DNA of 64,000 nt from an uncultured Planctomycetia bacterium (GCA_964527765.1 CAZGQR010000002.1:135701-199700), one strand, 5' to 3'; positions 37,196-48,409 are shown, counted from the stretch's first letter. Notes: a model not told the origin generated them from the letters alone. A program made the numbers and translations.

Positions 37196-38569
37196 ATGGT
37201 TGAGCGCAGAAAAAACCCCAAAAAGCGGAAAGCGCGGACTATCGAGGAACGGGTCCGGCAGCTTAACGATCTCCTGGAAAAGAACAGGGACGAGGACATG
37301 CGGCATTTCCTCCATGAGATGGCTCCCGAGGATATCGCTGAAGTACTGGGAGAATTTTCCGCAGAAGATAAGTTAAGGATATTCAATTTTCTCGATATCG
37401 GGAATGCTGCCGTCGTTCTCGACGATACCGACCCCCAGAGCCGGCTTCAGATCCTCCAGAAGCTCGAGAGCGATAAACTGGCCAGGGTCCTTGATGAGAT
37501 GCCCGTTGATGAAGCGGCTGATATTATCGAGGAAGTGCCGGAAAAGGACAGGGAAGACATCCTGGACCTGATGGAGGAAAAGGATGCCGAAGAGGTCGAG
37601 GAGATCCTCGGCTATCCGGAGGACAGTGCCGGCCGGGTCATGAACCCCGAGTTTGTTTCTGTCAGGGAGAACAATGATGTCGAGGACGCCATCAGGCATA
37701 TCCGGAGCCTGGAAGTCGATGAGCAGGTTTTTTATGTTTACGTCATGGATGAGGATGAGAAGCTCCGCGGGGTGGTCCCCATCAGAAAACTATTGACCGC
37801 GCCGAAAGGTACCATCATAAAAGATATCCTGGAGGAAGATATCCGCGCCATTCTTGTCGATGAAGATCAGGAGAAAGCCGCCCTTCTGATGAAGAAATAC
37901 GATCTTTTCTCTCTGCCGGTCGTGGATAATGAGGGACGCCTGGTCGGGCGTATAACCGCCGATGATATCATAGATGTCATGGACGAAGAACGCGGGGAAG
38001 ATATAAGTAAAATGACCGGTACCATTGAAGAAGAACAGGGCACCGAGACGACGTTAAGGGCGACGCAGAACAGGCTTCCCTGGCTTATCACGTGCATGCT
38101 GGGAAGTATCATCACGGGGCTTGTCATACAGATGTACAGGATAACGCTTGCGGAAACCCTGGCGCTCATTTCGTTCATCCCGGTCATCACCGCGACCGGA
38201 GGGAATTCAGGGGTCCAGGCCTCGACTGTCGTGGTCAGGGAAATAGCCCTCGGGTCCATGGACTTTTCCCGGGTCGGGGAGGAAATATGGAGGCAGCTTA
38301 AGATAGCGCTCGGTCTCGGTCTTATGTGCGGGATAGTGCTGAGCATCCTGGCGAATATCTGGGTGAAAAACAGCATGATAGGCCTGATCGTGGGGCTGTC
38401 GATCTTTCTGGTCGTGGTCTGGTCGAACTTTGTCGGCGTGCTGACACCTGTCATCTTCAAAAAAATACATCTGGATCCGGCAATATCCTCCGGCCCGCTT
38501 ATTACCACGCTGAATGATATAATAGGGGTGTTTATCTATCTGAGCATCGCGACTTTTCTTTTGACATGA
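37196..38569 (+). CDS. mgtE: Magnesium transporter MgtE
   Basis: Acidic N-domain, YPEDSAG, a CBS pair, RLPWL, GGNSGVQ and DPAISSGPLITTLND. Confidence 0.95.
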   Translation: MVERRKNPKKRKARTIEERVRQLNDLLEKNRDEDMRHFLHEMAPEDIAEVLGEFSAEDKLRIFNFLDIGNAAVVLDDTDPQSRLQILQKLESDKLARVLDEMPVDEAADIIEEVPEKDREDILDLMEEKDAEEVEEILGYPEDSAGRVMNPEFVSVRENNDVEDAIRHIRSLEVDEQVFYVYVMDEDEKLRGVVPIRKLLTAPKGTIIKDILEEDIRAILVDEDQEKAALLMKKYDLFSLPVVDNEGRLVGRITADDIIDVMDEERGEDISKMTGTIEEEQGTETTLRATQNRLPWLITCMLGSIITGLVIQMYRITLAETLALISFIPVITATGGNSGVQASTVVVREIALGSMDFSRVGEEIWRQLKIALGLGLMCGIVLSILANIWVKNSMIGLIVGLSIFLVVVWSNFVGVLTPVIFKKIHLDPAISSGPLITTLNDIIGVFIYLSIATFLLT

Positions 38570-38592
38570 CGGGAAAACGCGCGGCAAAGGCG

Positions 38593-38621
38593 TTGACACC
38601 ATTTGAAGCATTTGATATACT
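38593..38621 (+). promoter_or_regulatory. Sigma70 promoter upstream of the purH-folC-mnmE-folE operon
   Basis: TTGACA-17bp-TATACT with an extended -10 TG. Confidence 0.7.
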
Positions 38622-38660
38622 CAATTTCCCTTGTGGAATTTTTAAAACGGAGGTGACAAA

Positions 38661-38858
38661 ATGGGAAAGGTTTTGAGCTTATTGATCGGAGCGGTCGTGG
38701 CGCTTGTCGGGTTGATCCTTCTTATTGCCTGGTGGTATGAACTTTTATTCATTCTAAGGGGAGTGGTACCTCTAATGCTTATACTGGGCGGAGTGATAGC
38801 CGTCATAGCGGGTTTCAGCGAGCTCAAGGATGTCCTGAAAAAGAAGGAAGGAAAATAA
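38661..38858 (+). CDS. Small 2-TM membrane protein
   Basis: RBS GGAGGT, two hydrophobic helices and a basic C-terminus. Confidence 0.75.
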   Translation: MGKVLSLLIGAVVALVGLILLIAWWYELLFILRGVVPLMLILGGVIAVIAGFSELKDVLKKKEGK

Positions 38859-38870
38859 GTCAGGTCCGGG

Positions 38871-39443
38871 ATGTTTTTGCGTACCAGGATTATAACAGGT
38901 CTAGCGGCGTGTCTTTTGTGCCTGGCATTCCAAGGGTGCCTTGAAGACCGGGCCGAGCTTGAAAAAAGAATACTGGCGCACGATCCGTCTTTCCAGAAGA
39001 CCCTCGACAGCAGGGACTCCCTGCGCGAACAGCTGGATTCCCAAAAGGCGATCTTTCTCAGGCGGGAAAGCGAGGCGAACAGCCTGATAAAGGCCCTGAA
39101 GCAGAAGAAGATAGACGCGAAGAAAGAATATTCAGCGCAGGTGGAAAAAATAAGACGGCAGATCCAGCCAGAAAAAAGACAGCTGCGGAGATCTCTCATA
39201 GATATAAAACGCCAGTATAAATGCAAAGAGCAGGAGATCGGCCATATAGACAAGGATATAAACGAGATCACCGCTCTGATAAAGAAAAAAGACGCGCTGG
39301 CCCTGACCCAGGATGAAATACGGACCTGGAACGAAAGATTGTCTTCTCTGATAAAGAAAAAAAACGAGATCAGCGCCGAAAAGGATAAACTCGGGAAAGA
39401 GATCGAGATAACGAAATTGAAGATAAAGGTCCTCGGGGTCTGA
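38871..39443 (+). CDS. Putative coiled-coil lipoprotein
   Basis: Signal with lipobox-like LAFQG-C followed by a long charged heptad-like region. Confidence 0.7.
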   Translation: MFLRTRIITGLAACLLCLAFQGCLEDRAELEKRILAHDPSFQKTLDSRDSLREQLDSQKAIFLRRESEANSLIKALKQKKIDAKKEYSAQVEKIRRQIQPEKRQLRRSLIDIKRQYKCKEQEIGHIDKDINEITALIKKKDALALTQDEIRTWNERLSSLIKKKNEISAEKDKLGKEIEITKLKIKVLGV

Positions 39444-39462
39444 TAAGGCAAGGAGAATGTGA

Positions 39463-41028
39463 GTGAAAGTACTAAGAGCGCTGGTAAGCGTGTCGGACAA
39501 AACGGGACTGGAAAGCTTTGTTAAGGGGCTGAACCGGCTGGGTATCGAGATAATATCCACCGGAGGGACCGCCAGCGAGATCAGCTCGCTTGGTATCCCG
39601 GTAACAGAAGTAAGTTCTTATACCGCCTTTCCGGAGATGCTCGACGGAAGGGTCAAGACCCTTCACCCCAAGATACACGCCGGCCTCCTGGCCGTGAGAG
39701 ATAACGCCGAACACATGCGCCAGTTGAAAGCAAACGGTATCCTGCCGATCGATATGGTGGTCGTGAACCTTTATCCTTTCGAGGAAACGGTGGCCCGCAG
39801 CGGCGTGACGATGGAAGAGGCTATTGAGAATATCGATATCGGCGGGCCGACGATGCTTCGCAGCGCCGCCAAGAATTTCCGCTCGGTTGCCGTTGTCAGT
39901 TCTCCCGCCCAGTACGGTCAGGTCTTACGCGAGCTGGAAGATTCGGGAGGCGAACTTTCGGAACCTACCCTGAAGGGCCTGGCGGTGGAGGTTTTTGCCG
40001 GGACCTCCCGCTACGACGGTCTTATAACGCGTTACCTGTCGGAAGGAGCCGCTGCCGGCAGCGAAGAAAAGGTTTTTCCAGACCATGTCGATATAAAGAT
40101 GAGCAAGATCGGGGACCTGAGGTACGGAGAGAACCCGCACCAGCAGGCGGCATTTTACCGGGACGACGCCGCCGCCGGTACGGGAATAACCGATGCCGAA
40201 CAGATCCAGGGGAAGGAGCTTTCCTTCAACAACATACTCGACCTTAACACCGCCCGGGCGATAGTGATGGATTTTGACGACCCCGCCGTCAGCATTGTCA
40301 AGCATAACAACCCTTCAGGCAGCGCGACAGCCGGCACGCTGGAGAAGGCCTATCTGGACGCGCTTGATTGCGACCCCATGAGCGCGTTCGGCAGCGTCAT
40401 GGGTTTTAACCGCCCGGTCGACGGACGCACGGCAAGGACCATACTGGATAAAGTCGATTTTGTGGAATGTATCATCGCGCCGGAATACGAGGAAAAAGCG
40501 CTGGAGGTTTTTGCCGCCAAAAAGAACCTCAGGATTCTGAAGGTCTCTTTTTCCGGCCGCGCATCGCTGGGAGAAAAAGACCTGAAAAAGATCCCCGGCG
40601 GAATGCTGCTTCAGGATGCGGACGTAAAAGAACTGTCCCCCGGGGACGTAAAGGCGGTCACCGAGAAGAAACCTTCGGAAAAACTGCTGGACTCGCTGAT
40701 GTTCGGATGGAAGATCGTGAAATACGTGAAAAGTAACGCTATCGTGTTGTGCCAGGGGACAAAGACGGTAGGAATAGGCGCCGGCCAGATGTCACGGGTA
40801 GATTCAGTTATCATCGCCATCCGCAAGGCCGCCGGCAGGGCGAAGGGTGCCGTATTGGCCAGTGACGCTTTTTTCCCCAAGGCGGATTCCATCGAAGAAG
40901 CCGGCAAGGCAGGTATTGCCGCCATCATACAGCCGGGCGGGTCGATACACGACGATGAAGTGATCGCCGCATGCAACCGCTTCAACATCCCTATGGTATT
41001 TACGGGGATAAGACATTTCAGACATTAA
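39463..41028 (+). CDS. purH: Bifunctional AICAR transformylase/IMP cyclohydrolase
   Basis: ALVSVSDK, GRVKTLHP, IDIGGP, LRYGENPHQ, KHNNP, GAGQMSR, SDAFFP and RHFRH. Confidence 0.97.
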   Translation: MKVLRALVSVSDKTGLESFVKGLNRLGIEIISTGGTASEISSLGIPVTEVSSYTAFPEMLDGRVKTLHPKIHAGLLAVRDNAEHMRQLKANGILPIDMVVVNLYPFEETVARSGVTMEEAIENIDIGGPTMLRSAAKNFRSVAVVSSPAQYGQVLRELEDSGGELSEPTLKGLAVEVFAGTSRYDGLITRYLSEGAAAGSEEKVFPDHVDIKMSKIGDLRYGENPHQQAAFYRDDAAAGTGITDAEQIQGKELSFNNILDLNTARAIVMDFDDPAVSIVKHNNPSGSATAGTLEKAYLDALDCDPMSAFGSVMGFNRPVDGRTARTILDKVDFVECIIAPEYEEKALEVFAAKKNLRILKVSFSGRASLGEKDLKKIPGGMLLQDADVKELSPGDVKAVTEKKPSEKLLDSLMFGWKIVKYVKSNAIVLCQGTKTVGIGAGQMSRVDSVIIAIRKAAGRAKGAVLASDAFFPKADSIEEAGKAGIAAIIQPGGSIHDDEVIAACNRFNIPMVFTGIRHFRH

Positions 41029-41037
41029 TACTGGCTC

Positions 41038-42354
41038 ATGCCGACCTATAATGAAACCCTTAAATATCTGGACTCTTTCGTTGACTACGAAAGGGCCGGT
41101 CTTGACGGCATTGGAAAAGATTTTGACCTGGACAAATTGCGCGCCGTGCTGGAAAAACTGGGGAACCCGCATCGCGATTACCGCTGCGTCCATGTCGCGG
41201 GGACCAAAGGCAAGGGGTCCGTATGTTCGTTTACCTCTTCTATCCTGGAGAGCGCCGGTTATCGTGTCGGCCTTTATACTTCGCCGCACCTGGTCACCGC
41301 TTTCGAGCGCATCAAAATAAATAACAGAAATATCGGAGAGGAAGATCTTATCCGCGCTGTCGGCCGCCTGCGGGAATACATCGACCCTGCTCCCGATAAA
41401 GGGTTTACTTTTTTCGAGGTGTATACGCTGGTCGCGATGCTGCACTTCAGCATGAAGAAAGCGGATTTTGCCGTTTTTGAGGTGGGGATGGGCGGGCGCC
41501 TCGATGCCACCAACGTGATCGACGCGGAGGTCTGCGGGATAAGCCCAGTAAGCTATGATCACACCCGGGTGCTCGGCGGAAGGATCGAACAGATAGCGCG
41601 CGAGAAATCAGCTATCATCAAGCGCGGCGCGCACTGCGTGAGTTCCCCCCAGCGCGCGGAAGCGCTTCGCGTGATCAGGCGGAAATGTTCCGAGGAAGGC
41701 GCTTCATTGTCGCTCGTGGGAAAAGATATAACCTACCGTATCAACAGTTTTGATGAGAAAGGGAGCAGTTTTGATGTCCGCGGCAGGGCAGGCCGTTATG
41801 AGGGATGCCGGACCGGGATGCTCGGGGATTTCCAGGTGTCCAATTGCGCCACTGCCATAGGCATCTGCGAGCACCTGCTTGGCGATAATGAAAATAATGA
41901 AGACGTGTTCAGGAGGGGTATCGAGCGCGTTTTCATCCCCGGAAGGATGGAGGTCCTGCGCCGCCGCCCGCTTATCGTTATTGACGGAGCTCAGAACGGC
42001 GACAGCGCGATGCGGTTGAGACATTCAGTTGAACAGATCTTCAGATATGATAGATTGATACTTTTGCTGGGACTTTCGCGCGACAAGGACATCAAGAACG
42101 TGTGCGCCTGCCTTGCGCCGCTTGCGGACGAGATAGTGCTTTCCCGTGCCTCGGTAAGCCGTGCCGCCGACCCGTACCTGATAAAGGGATATATAAAGAC
42201 CAGGAGCGTCAGCGTAACGGAAGACGTAAAGGAAGGACTCGGCACGGCGTTCAGCCTGGCGGGCGAGAACGATATGATACTGGCGACAGGCTCGTTTTAT
42301 CTTATCGGAGAAGTGCGGGAATTGATCCCGGAGCGGGTTTTAACCGGACATTAA
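41038..42354 (+). CDS. folC: Dihydrofolate/folylpolyglutamate synthase
   Basis: HVAGTKGKGS, YTSPHL, TFFE, EVGMGGRLDATN, PGRME and TGSFY. Confidence 0.93.
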   Translation: MPTYNETLKYLDSFVDYERAGLDGIGKDFDLDKLRAVLEKLGNPHRDYRCVHVAGTKGKGSVCSFTSSILESAGYRVGLYTSPHLVTAFERIKINNRNIGEEDLIRAVGRLREYIDPAPDKGFTFFEVYTLVAMLHFSMKKADFAVFEVGMGGRLDATNVIDAEVCGISPVSYDHTRVLGGRIEQIAREKSAIIKRGAHCVSSPQRAEALRVIRRKCSEEGASLSLVGKDITYRINSFDEKGSSFDVRGRAGRYEGCRTGMLGDFQVSNCATAIGICEHLLGDNENNEDVFRRGIERVFIPGRMEVLRRRPLIVIDGAQNGDSAMRLRHSVEQIFRYDRLILLLGLSRDKDIKNVCACLAPLADEIVLSRASVSRAADPYLIKGYIKTRSVSVTEDVKEGLGTAFSLAGENDMILATGSFYLIGEVRELIPERVLTGH

Positions 42355-42373
42355 ACTTCGGTGCAGCTGCCTT

Positions 42374-43765
42374 ATGGATATGAATAATAACGATACGATC
42401 GCGGCGGTTTCCACTCCTCCCGGGGAAGGGGGGATAGGCATAGTGCGCATGAGCGGGAAAGATTCGCTCACTATCGCTGACAGGATATTCACCTCTTCCG
42501 GTGGGCGGCGGCCGTCTTCCTGCGCGAGCCATACGGTGCATCACGGGCACGTGAAGATGCCGGGATCGGGGGAAATGGTGGATGAGATCCTTCTTGCTGT
42601 CATGCGCGCGCCGAAGACCTATACCGGCGAAGACGTGGCGGAAATGAACTGCCACGGCGGGATCATGTCCGTGAAAAAGGTGCTTCAGCTGTGCATCCGC
42701 GAAGGAGCGAGACTGGCGGAGCCCGGGGAATTTACCAGGAGAGCTTTTCTGAACGGGAGGATAGACCTGCCCCAGGCGGAAGCCGTTCTGGACGTGATAA
42801 GGTCCGAGACCGACGCGGCGCAGAAGGTAGCGATCGAGCAGCTGCGCGGCGGGTTCTCCGGAGAGATACTTGACCTGCGCAACTCAGCGATCGAGGCATT
42901 GTCCATGATAGAGCTTGCGATAGATTTTTCGCAGGAGGACGTGGAATTTCCGCGCGCCGAAAAGATCACCAAACACGTGGAAGACCTGCTCCTTCGCGTT
43001 AAAAAGATGCTGGAGACCTCCGAGAAGGGAATGCTCCTGCGCGAGGGCGCCAGTGTGGTGATATGCGGCAGGCCGAATGTCGGCAAGTCAAGCCTCATGA
43101 ACGCCCTGTTGAAACATGACAGGGTGATCGTCACCCCCGTGGCGGGGACGACCAGGGACGTCATCGAGGAATTCATAAACATCGCCGGCGTCAAGGTCAG
43201 GATAAGCGATACCGCGGGCATCATTGACACGGAGGACAGGGTCGAGATAGAAGGCATTAAACGTTCCAGGGAAAAACTCGCCGCCGCCGACGTGGTGATC
43301 TTCATGCTGGACTCCAGCTGCCGGCTCTCCCCCAGGGACGAAAAGATATACGGGACGATCGGGAATAAAAAGAGCGTGATCGTCGCGAACAAGACGGACC
43401 TGCCGCGTAAACTGGATATCGAAAAAGCCAGGAAGCGATTCGCGCGGGAAGAGATACTGGAGGTCTCGGCCCTGAAAAAAGAAGGCCTGGAAAAGGTGGA
43501 GGACGCGATAGCCGGGAAGCTTTTCGGCGGCAGTATCGGGCCGCAGGAAGGGCTCATGGTGACGAACGTCCGGCATAAGGATATTCTCGGAAAGGCCGCC
43601 CGGGCGATGGAAAGGGCCATGAAGGTCACGGGCAGGAGTTACAACGGAGAGCTTCTCGCAAGCGACCTTAACGAGGCGGTCCACCAGCTGGGGCTGATCA
43701 TCGGCGAATCCGTTGAGGATGGCGTTCTGGACAGGATATTTTCGCAGTTTTGCATAGGGAAGTGA
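42374..43765 (+). CDS. mnmE: tRNA modification GTPase MnmE
   Basis: [42 protein letters not shown] and C-terminal FCIGK. Confidence 0.96.
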   Translation: MDMNNNDTIAAVSTPPGEGGIGIVRMSGKDSLTIADRIFTSSGGRRPSSCASHTVHHGHVKMPGSGEMVDEILLAVMRAPKTYTGEDVAEMNCHGGIMSVKKVLQLCIREGARLAEPGEFTRRAFLNGRIDLPQAEAVLDVIRSETDAAQKVAIEQLRGGFSGEILDLRNSAIEALSMIELAIDFSQEDVEFPRAEKITKHVEDLLLRVKKMLETSEKGMLLREGASVVICGRPNVGKSSLMNALLKHDRVIVTPVAGTTRDVIEEFINIAGVKVRISDTAGIIDTEDRVEIEGIKRSREKLAAADVVIFMLDSSCRLSPRDEKIYGTIGNKKSVIVANKTDLPRKLDIEKARKRFAREEILEVSALKKEGLEKVEDAIAGKLFGGSIGPQEGLMVTNVRHKDILGKAARAMERAMKVTGRSYNGELLASDLNEAVHQLGLIIGESVEDGVLDRIFSQFCIGK

Positions 43766-43775
43766 GGGAGAAAAC

Positions 43776-44342
43776 ATGGATAAGAAGAAAATAAAAAAGG
43801 CAGTGGAGGAAATACTGCACGCCATAGGCGACGATCCCGAGAGAGAAGGCATTAAAAACACCCCTCAGAGGGTCGCGGATATGTATGAGGAGATACTGGG
43901 GGGCACGTACAGGAATGCCGACGATGATATCGAGGTCTTTTTCGAAAAGGAACATGACGAGATCATCCTTCTTAAGGATATTCCCTTATATTCGGTGTGC
44001 GAGCACCACATGGTGCCGTTTGTCGGAAGGGCGCACGTGGCGTATATACCGGACGGGAACAGGATCACCGGGCTGAGCAAGATCGCCAGGGTCGTTGATA
44101 CCTTCTCCAGGAGGCTCCAGGTCCAGGAGCGCCTTACCACCGAGATAGCCGAAACCCTTATGCGGAAACTCAAGCCCAAGGGTGTCCTCGTGGTCATCGA
44201 GGCGGAGCATCTCTGCATGAGCATGAGGGGGATCAAGAAACCGGGTATTATCACCACCACGAGCGCCGTAAGGGGCATATTCCGCAGCAGCCAGAAGACA
44301 CGGTCGGAGGCCCTGTCGCTCATAAGGCACCAAAGGCGGTGA
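43776..44342 (+). CDS. folE: GTP cyclohydrolase I
   Basis: TPQRVA, CEHHM, GLSKIAR, QVQERLT and HLCMSMRG. Confidence 0.96.
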   Translation: MDKKKIKKAVEEILHAIGDDPEREGIKNTPQRVADMYEEILGGTYRNADDDIEVFFEKEHDEIILLKDIPLYSVCEHHMVPFVGRAHVAYIPDGNRITGLSKIARVVDTFSRRLQVQERLTTEIAETLMRKLKPKGVLVVIEAEHLCMSMRGIKKPGIITTTSAVRGIFRSSQKTRSEALSLIRHQRR

Positions 44343-44459
44343 GAAACTTTAAATTGTTTGATTTTTGCCTCTACATATAATATAATTGTGAAAATCAAAT
44401 TAATACAACTGGGCTTATTATAAGGTCTTAGTGAGGATGAAAGAAGGGTTTTCAGGGAT

Positions 44460-44921
44460 ATGAGCGGACATGGTGCCTTGTGGCATTTTTTCCATAACGA
44501 TGTCATCATTGCTACCTTTTTCGGCTGGTTCACCGCGCAGATCATCAAGGTGATCATAGGCGTCGTGACGGAAAAACGGTTCAATTTCAAGTGGTTCGTA
44601 GGCACGGGAGGCATGCCGAGTTCCCATGTCGCGGGGGCAACGGCCCTCGCTACCAGCGTCGGCCTTTACGAAGGGGTCTCAACGGCGCTTTTCGGCGTAA
44701 CGCTCATGTTCACGGTTGTGGTGATATTTGACGCGCAGGGAGTGCGCCGGGCCACGGGCAAACAGGCTGAAATATTAAATACGATAATGGAAGACATCTA
44801 CTGGAAGAAAAAGATACATGAGGACAAGCTCAAGGAGCTCATAGGGCATACCCCGATACAGGTATTCGCGGGCATATTCATAGGGCTTGCCGTCGCGTTC
44901 GGGCTGTATTTGCTTTTTTAA
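44460..44921 (+). CDS. Divergent PAP2 family (DUF212-like) membrane protein
   Basis: AQIIK, GGMPSSH, DAQGVRRATG.QA and LIGHTP.QV. Confidence 0.88.
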   Translation: MSGHGALWHFFHNDVIIATFFGWFTAQIIKVIIGVVTEKRFNFKWFVGTGGMPSSHVAGATALATSVGLYEGVSTALFGVTLMFTVVVIFDAQGVRRATGKQAEILNTIMEDIYWKKKIHEDKLKELIGHTPIQVFAGIFIGLAVAFGLYLLF

Positions 44922-44935
44922 AAAGGAGAAAGATC

Positions 44936-45865
44936 GTGAGAAGAAATACCGGGTTCCTGCTGATCGTCTTTTTCATGGTCCTTATTATCACTGCGGCATC
45001 GTTCCTGGTCCTGAGGAAAGCGCCTGAAGGACTGATAGATACCGCCAGGCCGGATAAGGCGGAGCTGATATACGCGAAAGCGGAAGAGTTCCTGAAATCC
45101 GGCGAGCGGAACAGAGCCGCAGGCGCGCTGTCGATGCTGATCAATGAATACCCGGATTCCGAATACGCGGCAAAAGCTCTTAACAAACTGGCCTCCATCA
45201 GCCTCCATGAAGGCGATCACGGCAAAGCGCGATATTATTACAAAAGACTGCTCAAGGATTTTCCCGAGATAAAGGACGCCGCCGCGATCCGGTCCTCTCT
45301 GGAAGACATCAACATGAGGATGATGCTCTCGCCCGTTGTCACCGAAGGCAGCATTGAATACGAGGTCAAGCCGGGAGATACCCTTTTCGGCATCGCCGGG
45401 AACTCCAACACGACCGTAGCGCTCATAAAAAAGGTCAACTCCCTGCAGGGCGACGTGATAAGGCCGGGGCAGAAACTGAAGGTGATCACCTCAAGGTTCT
45501 CGATCCTGGTGGACAAATCCCGTAACGTGCTCATATTGGAAGCCGACGGCGAGCCGTTCAAGACGTACGGCGTTTCGACCGGCAAGGACAACTGTACCCC
45601 GGTCGGCGTATTTAAGATCGAGGAGAAAATGGTAAAGCCCGTCTGGTACAAGGTAGGCGCCGTTGTGGCCCCCGACAGCGAGGAATACGAACTCGGCGAA
45701 AGGTGGATGGGACTTTCCGTCGAAGGGTACGGCATACACGGGACGTCCGATGAAAGTACCATCGGCAAACAGATAACCCAGGGCTGCGTGAGGATGCGCA
45801 ACAATGATGTTATAGAGTTGTTTGATATCGTTCCCAGCGGAACCGAAGTGGAGATCGTGGATTAA
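44936..45865 (+). CDS. L,D-transpeptidase with TPR and LysM domains
   Basis: N-terminal anchor, TPR-like helices (YPDSEYA), LysM YEVKPGDTLFGIA and the YkuD motif YGIHGT...TQGCVRM. Confidence 0.9.
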   Translation: MRRNTGFLLIVFFMVLIITAASFLVLRKAPEGLIDTARPDKAELIYAKAEEFLKSGERNRAAGALSMLINEYPDSEYAAKALNKLASISLHEGDHGKARYYYKRLLKDFPEIKDAAAIRSSLEDINMRMMLSPVVTEGSIEYEVKPGDTLFGIAGNSNTTVALIKKVNSLQGDVIRPGQKLKVITSRFSILVDKSRNVLILEADGEPFKTYGVSTGKDNCTPVGVFKIEEKMVKPVWYKVGAVVAPDSEEYELGERWMGLSVEGYGIHGTSDESTIGKQITQGCVRMRNNDVIELFDIVPSGTEVEIVD

Positions 45866-45866
45866 C

Positions 45867-46823
45867 ATGGCCATTGTGCTTGAGTTCGAAAAACCCATAA
45901 TAGACCTGGAAAACAAGATCGAAGAACTGAAAAGGTTCACCAAGGATGAAAGGATCGATCTTTCCGATGAGATAACCAGGCTTCAGGATCGGCTGGAGAG
46001 GCTCAGAAAAGAGGTCTTTGACAACCTGACGTCCTGGCAGAAGGTCCAGCTTTCCCGGCATCCTGACCGCCCTTATACGTTGGATTATCTAAGCATGATC
46101 GCCGAGGACTTTATCGAGATACACGGGGACCGTCATTTTGCCGATGACAGGGCTTTGATAACCGGACTGGCCCGTATCGGCAGCTGGAAGGTAATGGTCA
46201 TCGGACACCAAAAGGGCCGCGATATGAAGGAGAACCTGGAAAGGAATTTTGGATGCGCCCACCCCGAGGGATACCGCAAGGCGATCCGGCTTATGCAGAT
46301 GGCCGATAAGTTCGGTATACCCATAGTCACTTTTATAGATACCCCCGGCGCTTATCCCGGCGTGGGAGCCGAAGAACGCGGGCAGGCGGAAGCCATCGCC
46401 TATAACCTTCGGGAAATGGCGGGACTCGGGGTGCCCATTGTCATATTCGTTATCGGGGAAGGAGGGTCCGGCGGGGCCCTGGGCATAGGCCTCGGGGACA
46501 GGATATTCGTCCTGGAAAATTCATATTATTCCGTGATCTCGCCGGAAGGATGCGCGGCGATCCTCTGGCGGGAGCGTTCCAAAGCCCCCTTCGCGGCGCA
46601 GGCGCTTAAGCTGACGGCGCCGGAACTTCTCGAGCTGGGGATAATAGACGGCATAATACCGGAGCCCCTGGGAGGGGCTCACAGAAATCCGAAGCTGGCG
46701 GCGGAAGAGATCAAAAAGAACATAGACAGGGCGCTCGGGGAACTCTCCAAACTGACACCGGAAGAGCTAGTGGAAGCCAGATACGGGAAATACAGGGATG
46801 TGGGGATCTATAAAGAAGGTTAA
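45867..46823 (+). CDS. accA: Acetyl-CoA carboxylase carboxyltransferase alpha subunit
   Basis: LEFEKPI, RHPDRP, GHQKGR, DTPGAYPG, GEGGSGGA and ISPEGCAAILW. Confidence 0.96.
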   Translation: MAIVLEFEKPIIDLENKIEELKRFTKDERIDLSDEITRLQDRLERLRKEVFDNLTSWQKVQLSRHPDRPYTLDYLSMIAEDFIEIHGDRHFADDRALITGLARIGSWKVMVIGHQKGRDMKENLERNFGCAHPEGYRKAIRLMQMADKFGIPIVTFIDTPGAYPGVGAEERGQAEAIAYNLREMAGLGVPIVIFVIGEGGSGGALGIGLGDRIFVLENSYYSVISPEGCAAILWRERSKAPFAAQALKLTAPELLELGIIDGIIPEPLGGAHRNPKLAAEEIKKNIDRALGELSKLTPEELVEARYGKYRDVGIYKEG

Positions 46824-46832
46824 CCTAAAGTC

Positions 46833-47237
46833 ATGAGGACAATGATCGCCAACGACAATCATCTTTTAAAAGAAGCGAGCAAGAAACTTATAAATGCACT
46901 TAAAAGAAAAGGCGTCAACGAGGACGTTATTTTTGATATCCATGTCGGGTTTGAAGAGGCCCTTCGTAACGCCATGATACACGGGAATAAGATGGATTCC
47001 TCCAAGAAAGTCGCGATCGAGACGGAGATGGAGGGGAACACGGTGGTGATACGTGTTGAGGATGAAGGAGAAGGGTTCGATCCGGAAACGCTTCCGGACC
47101 CCACGCTGAACGAGAACTTGCTCAAAGAAGGCGGGCGCGGCGTGTATCTCATAAAGCATCTCATGGATGAAGTGAAGTATGAGAACGGCGGCAGAAGGGT
47201 CGTCATGAAAAAATACCTGGACAGGAAACATCTATAA
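46833..47237 (+). CDS. Anti-sigma factor/Ser kinase (RsbW/SpoIIAB-like, HATPase_c_2)
   Basis: EEALRNAMIHGN, VEDEGEGFD and GGRGVYLIKHLMD. Confidence 0.9.
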   Translation: MRTMIANDNHLLKEASKKLINALKRKGVNEDVIFDIHVGFEEALRNAMIHGNKMDSSKKVAIETEMEGNTVVIRVEDEGEGFDPETLPDPTLNENLLKEGGRGVYLIKHLMDEVKYENGGRRVVMKKYLDRKHL

Positions 47238-47582
47238 ATGGAGGCGGATATGCAGATCAAGCTGGAGGAAAAAAGCGGGATATCGATCTTCAGGGTAGCC
47301 GGCGATATTGATATCAACAGCTCCCCGGAGGTGAAAAAATTCCTTGATAAGACGATATCACCGAAGAACAACAGGGTCGTGATAAACCTGAAAGAAGTGG
47401 GTTACGTGGACAGCTCCGGCCTTGCCACTCTCGTCGAGATCCTGAAAAACCTGCGCGCGTACGGAGGCACGCTGAAGCTGACCAACCTTTCCAATAAGGT
47501 CAGGGGGCTTTTCGAGATAACCAAACTGGACAAACTGTTCGATATCTCGGCGCATGAAGATGATGCTCTGAGTTCTTTCTGA
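47238..47582 (+). CDS. STAS anti-sigma antagonist (RsbV/SpoIIAA-like)
   Basis: GDID, phospho-Ser motif YVDSSGLATLV, and FEITKLD. Confidence 0.9.
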   Translation: MEADMQIKLEEKSGISIFRVAGDIDINSSPEVKKFLDKTISPKNNRVVINLKEVGYVDSSGLATLVEILKNLRAYGGTLKLTNLSNKVRGLFEITKLDKLFDISAHEDDALSSF

Positions 47583-47600
47583 GCGGGGGATGACTGAAAA

Positions 47601-48398
47601 ATGGAAAACCCGGTAGCGATCACAGGAAAAATAGCGATTGATCTTATAAAACACATACGGGATATACTGTCGCTTCTTTTCAACACCGTCTGGTGGATAG
47701 TCGTGGGCCCGTTCAAGGGCAAGGAGGCCAGCAGGCAGAATATCTTTCAGCAGCTGGTGTTCGCCGGAGTCCAGTCCGTTATTATAGTATTTTTTATATC
47801 CCTTTTCACGGGTATAGTCATAGCCATGCAAAGCGCCTATCAGCTGAGGCAGCTGGGCGCCATCATATATGTGGCTCCCATGGTAAGCATAAGCATGGCC
47901 AGGGAACTTGGGCCCGTTTTCACGGCTCTGGTGGTCGCCGGCAGGGTAGGATCGGCCATAGCCGCGGAACTGGGGACCATGAAGGTCTCCGAGCAGATAG
48001 AGGCCCTCGAGACCATCGCGCTCGATCCCGTGAGGTTCCTCGTAGTCCCGCGCTTTATCGCGCTTCTGGTGATGCTTCCGTGCCTGACGATCATGAGCGA
48101 TATCATAGGGATATTGGGGGGCTTTATTGTCGGGGTGTTTAACCTCCAGCTTAATCCTTACAGATATTTGAGATTTTCGTTCGATCTCATGACCTGGAAG
48201 GACGTGTGGACCGGGCTGATAAAAAGCGGGCTGTTCGCGGTCATTATTTCCATGATCGCGTGCTATGTGGGGCTCGAGACCCGGGGCGGCGCCGAAGGGG
48301 TCGGAAAATCAACAACGCTCAGCGTTGTCATCAGTTTCATATTGATAGTCCTTTTTGATTGCATACTGACAGGGCTGTTCTATTTCTCTAATATGTAA
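47601..48398 (+). CDS. mlaE: MlaE-family ABC permease
   Basis: RELGPVFTALVVAGRVGSAIAAELGTMKVSEQIEAL and GGAEGVG. Confidence 0.92.
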   Translation: MENPVAITGKIAIDLIKHIRDILSLLFNTVWWIVVGPFKGKEASRQNIFQQLVFAGVQSVIIVFFISLFTGIVIAMQSAYQLRQLGAIIYVAPMVSISMARELGPVFTALVVAGRVGSAIAAELGTMKVSEQIEALETIALDPVRFLVVPRFIALLVMLPCLTIMSDIIGILGGFIVGVFNLQLNPYRYLRFSFDLMTWKDVWTGLIKSGLFAVIISMIACYVGLETRGGAEGVGKSTTLSVVISFILIVLFDCILTGLFYFSNM

Positions 48399-48409
48399 GC
48401 GGTTCAAAC

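Noticed and set aside
45822-45866. Extended AccA start
   Set aside because: It overlaps the L,D-transpeptidase gene; AccA homology begins at MAIVLEFEKP (45867).
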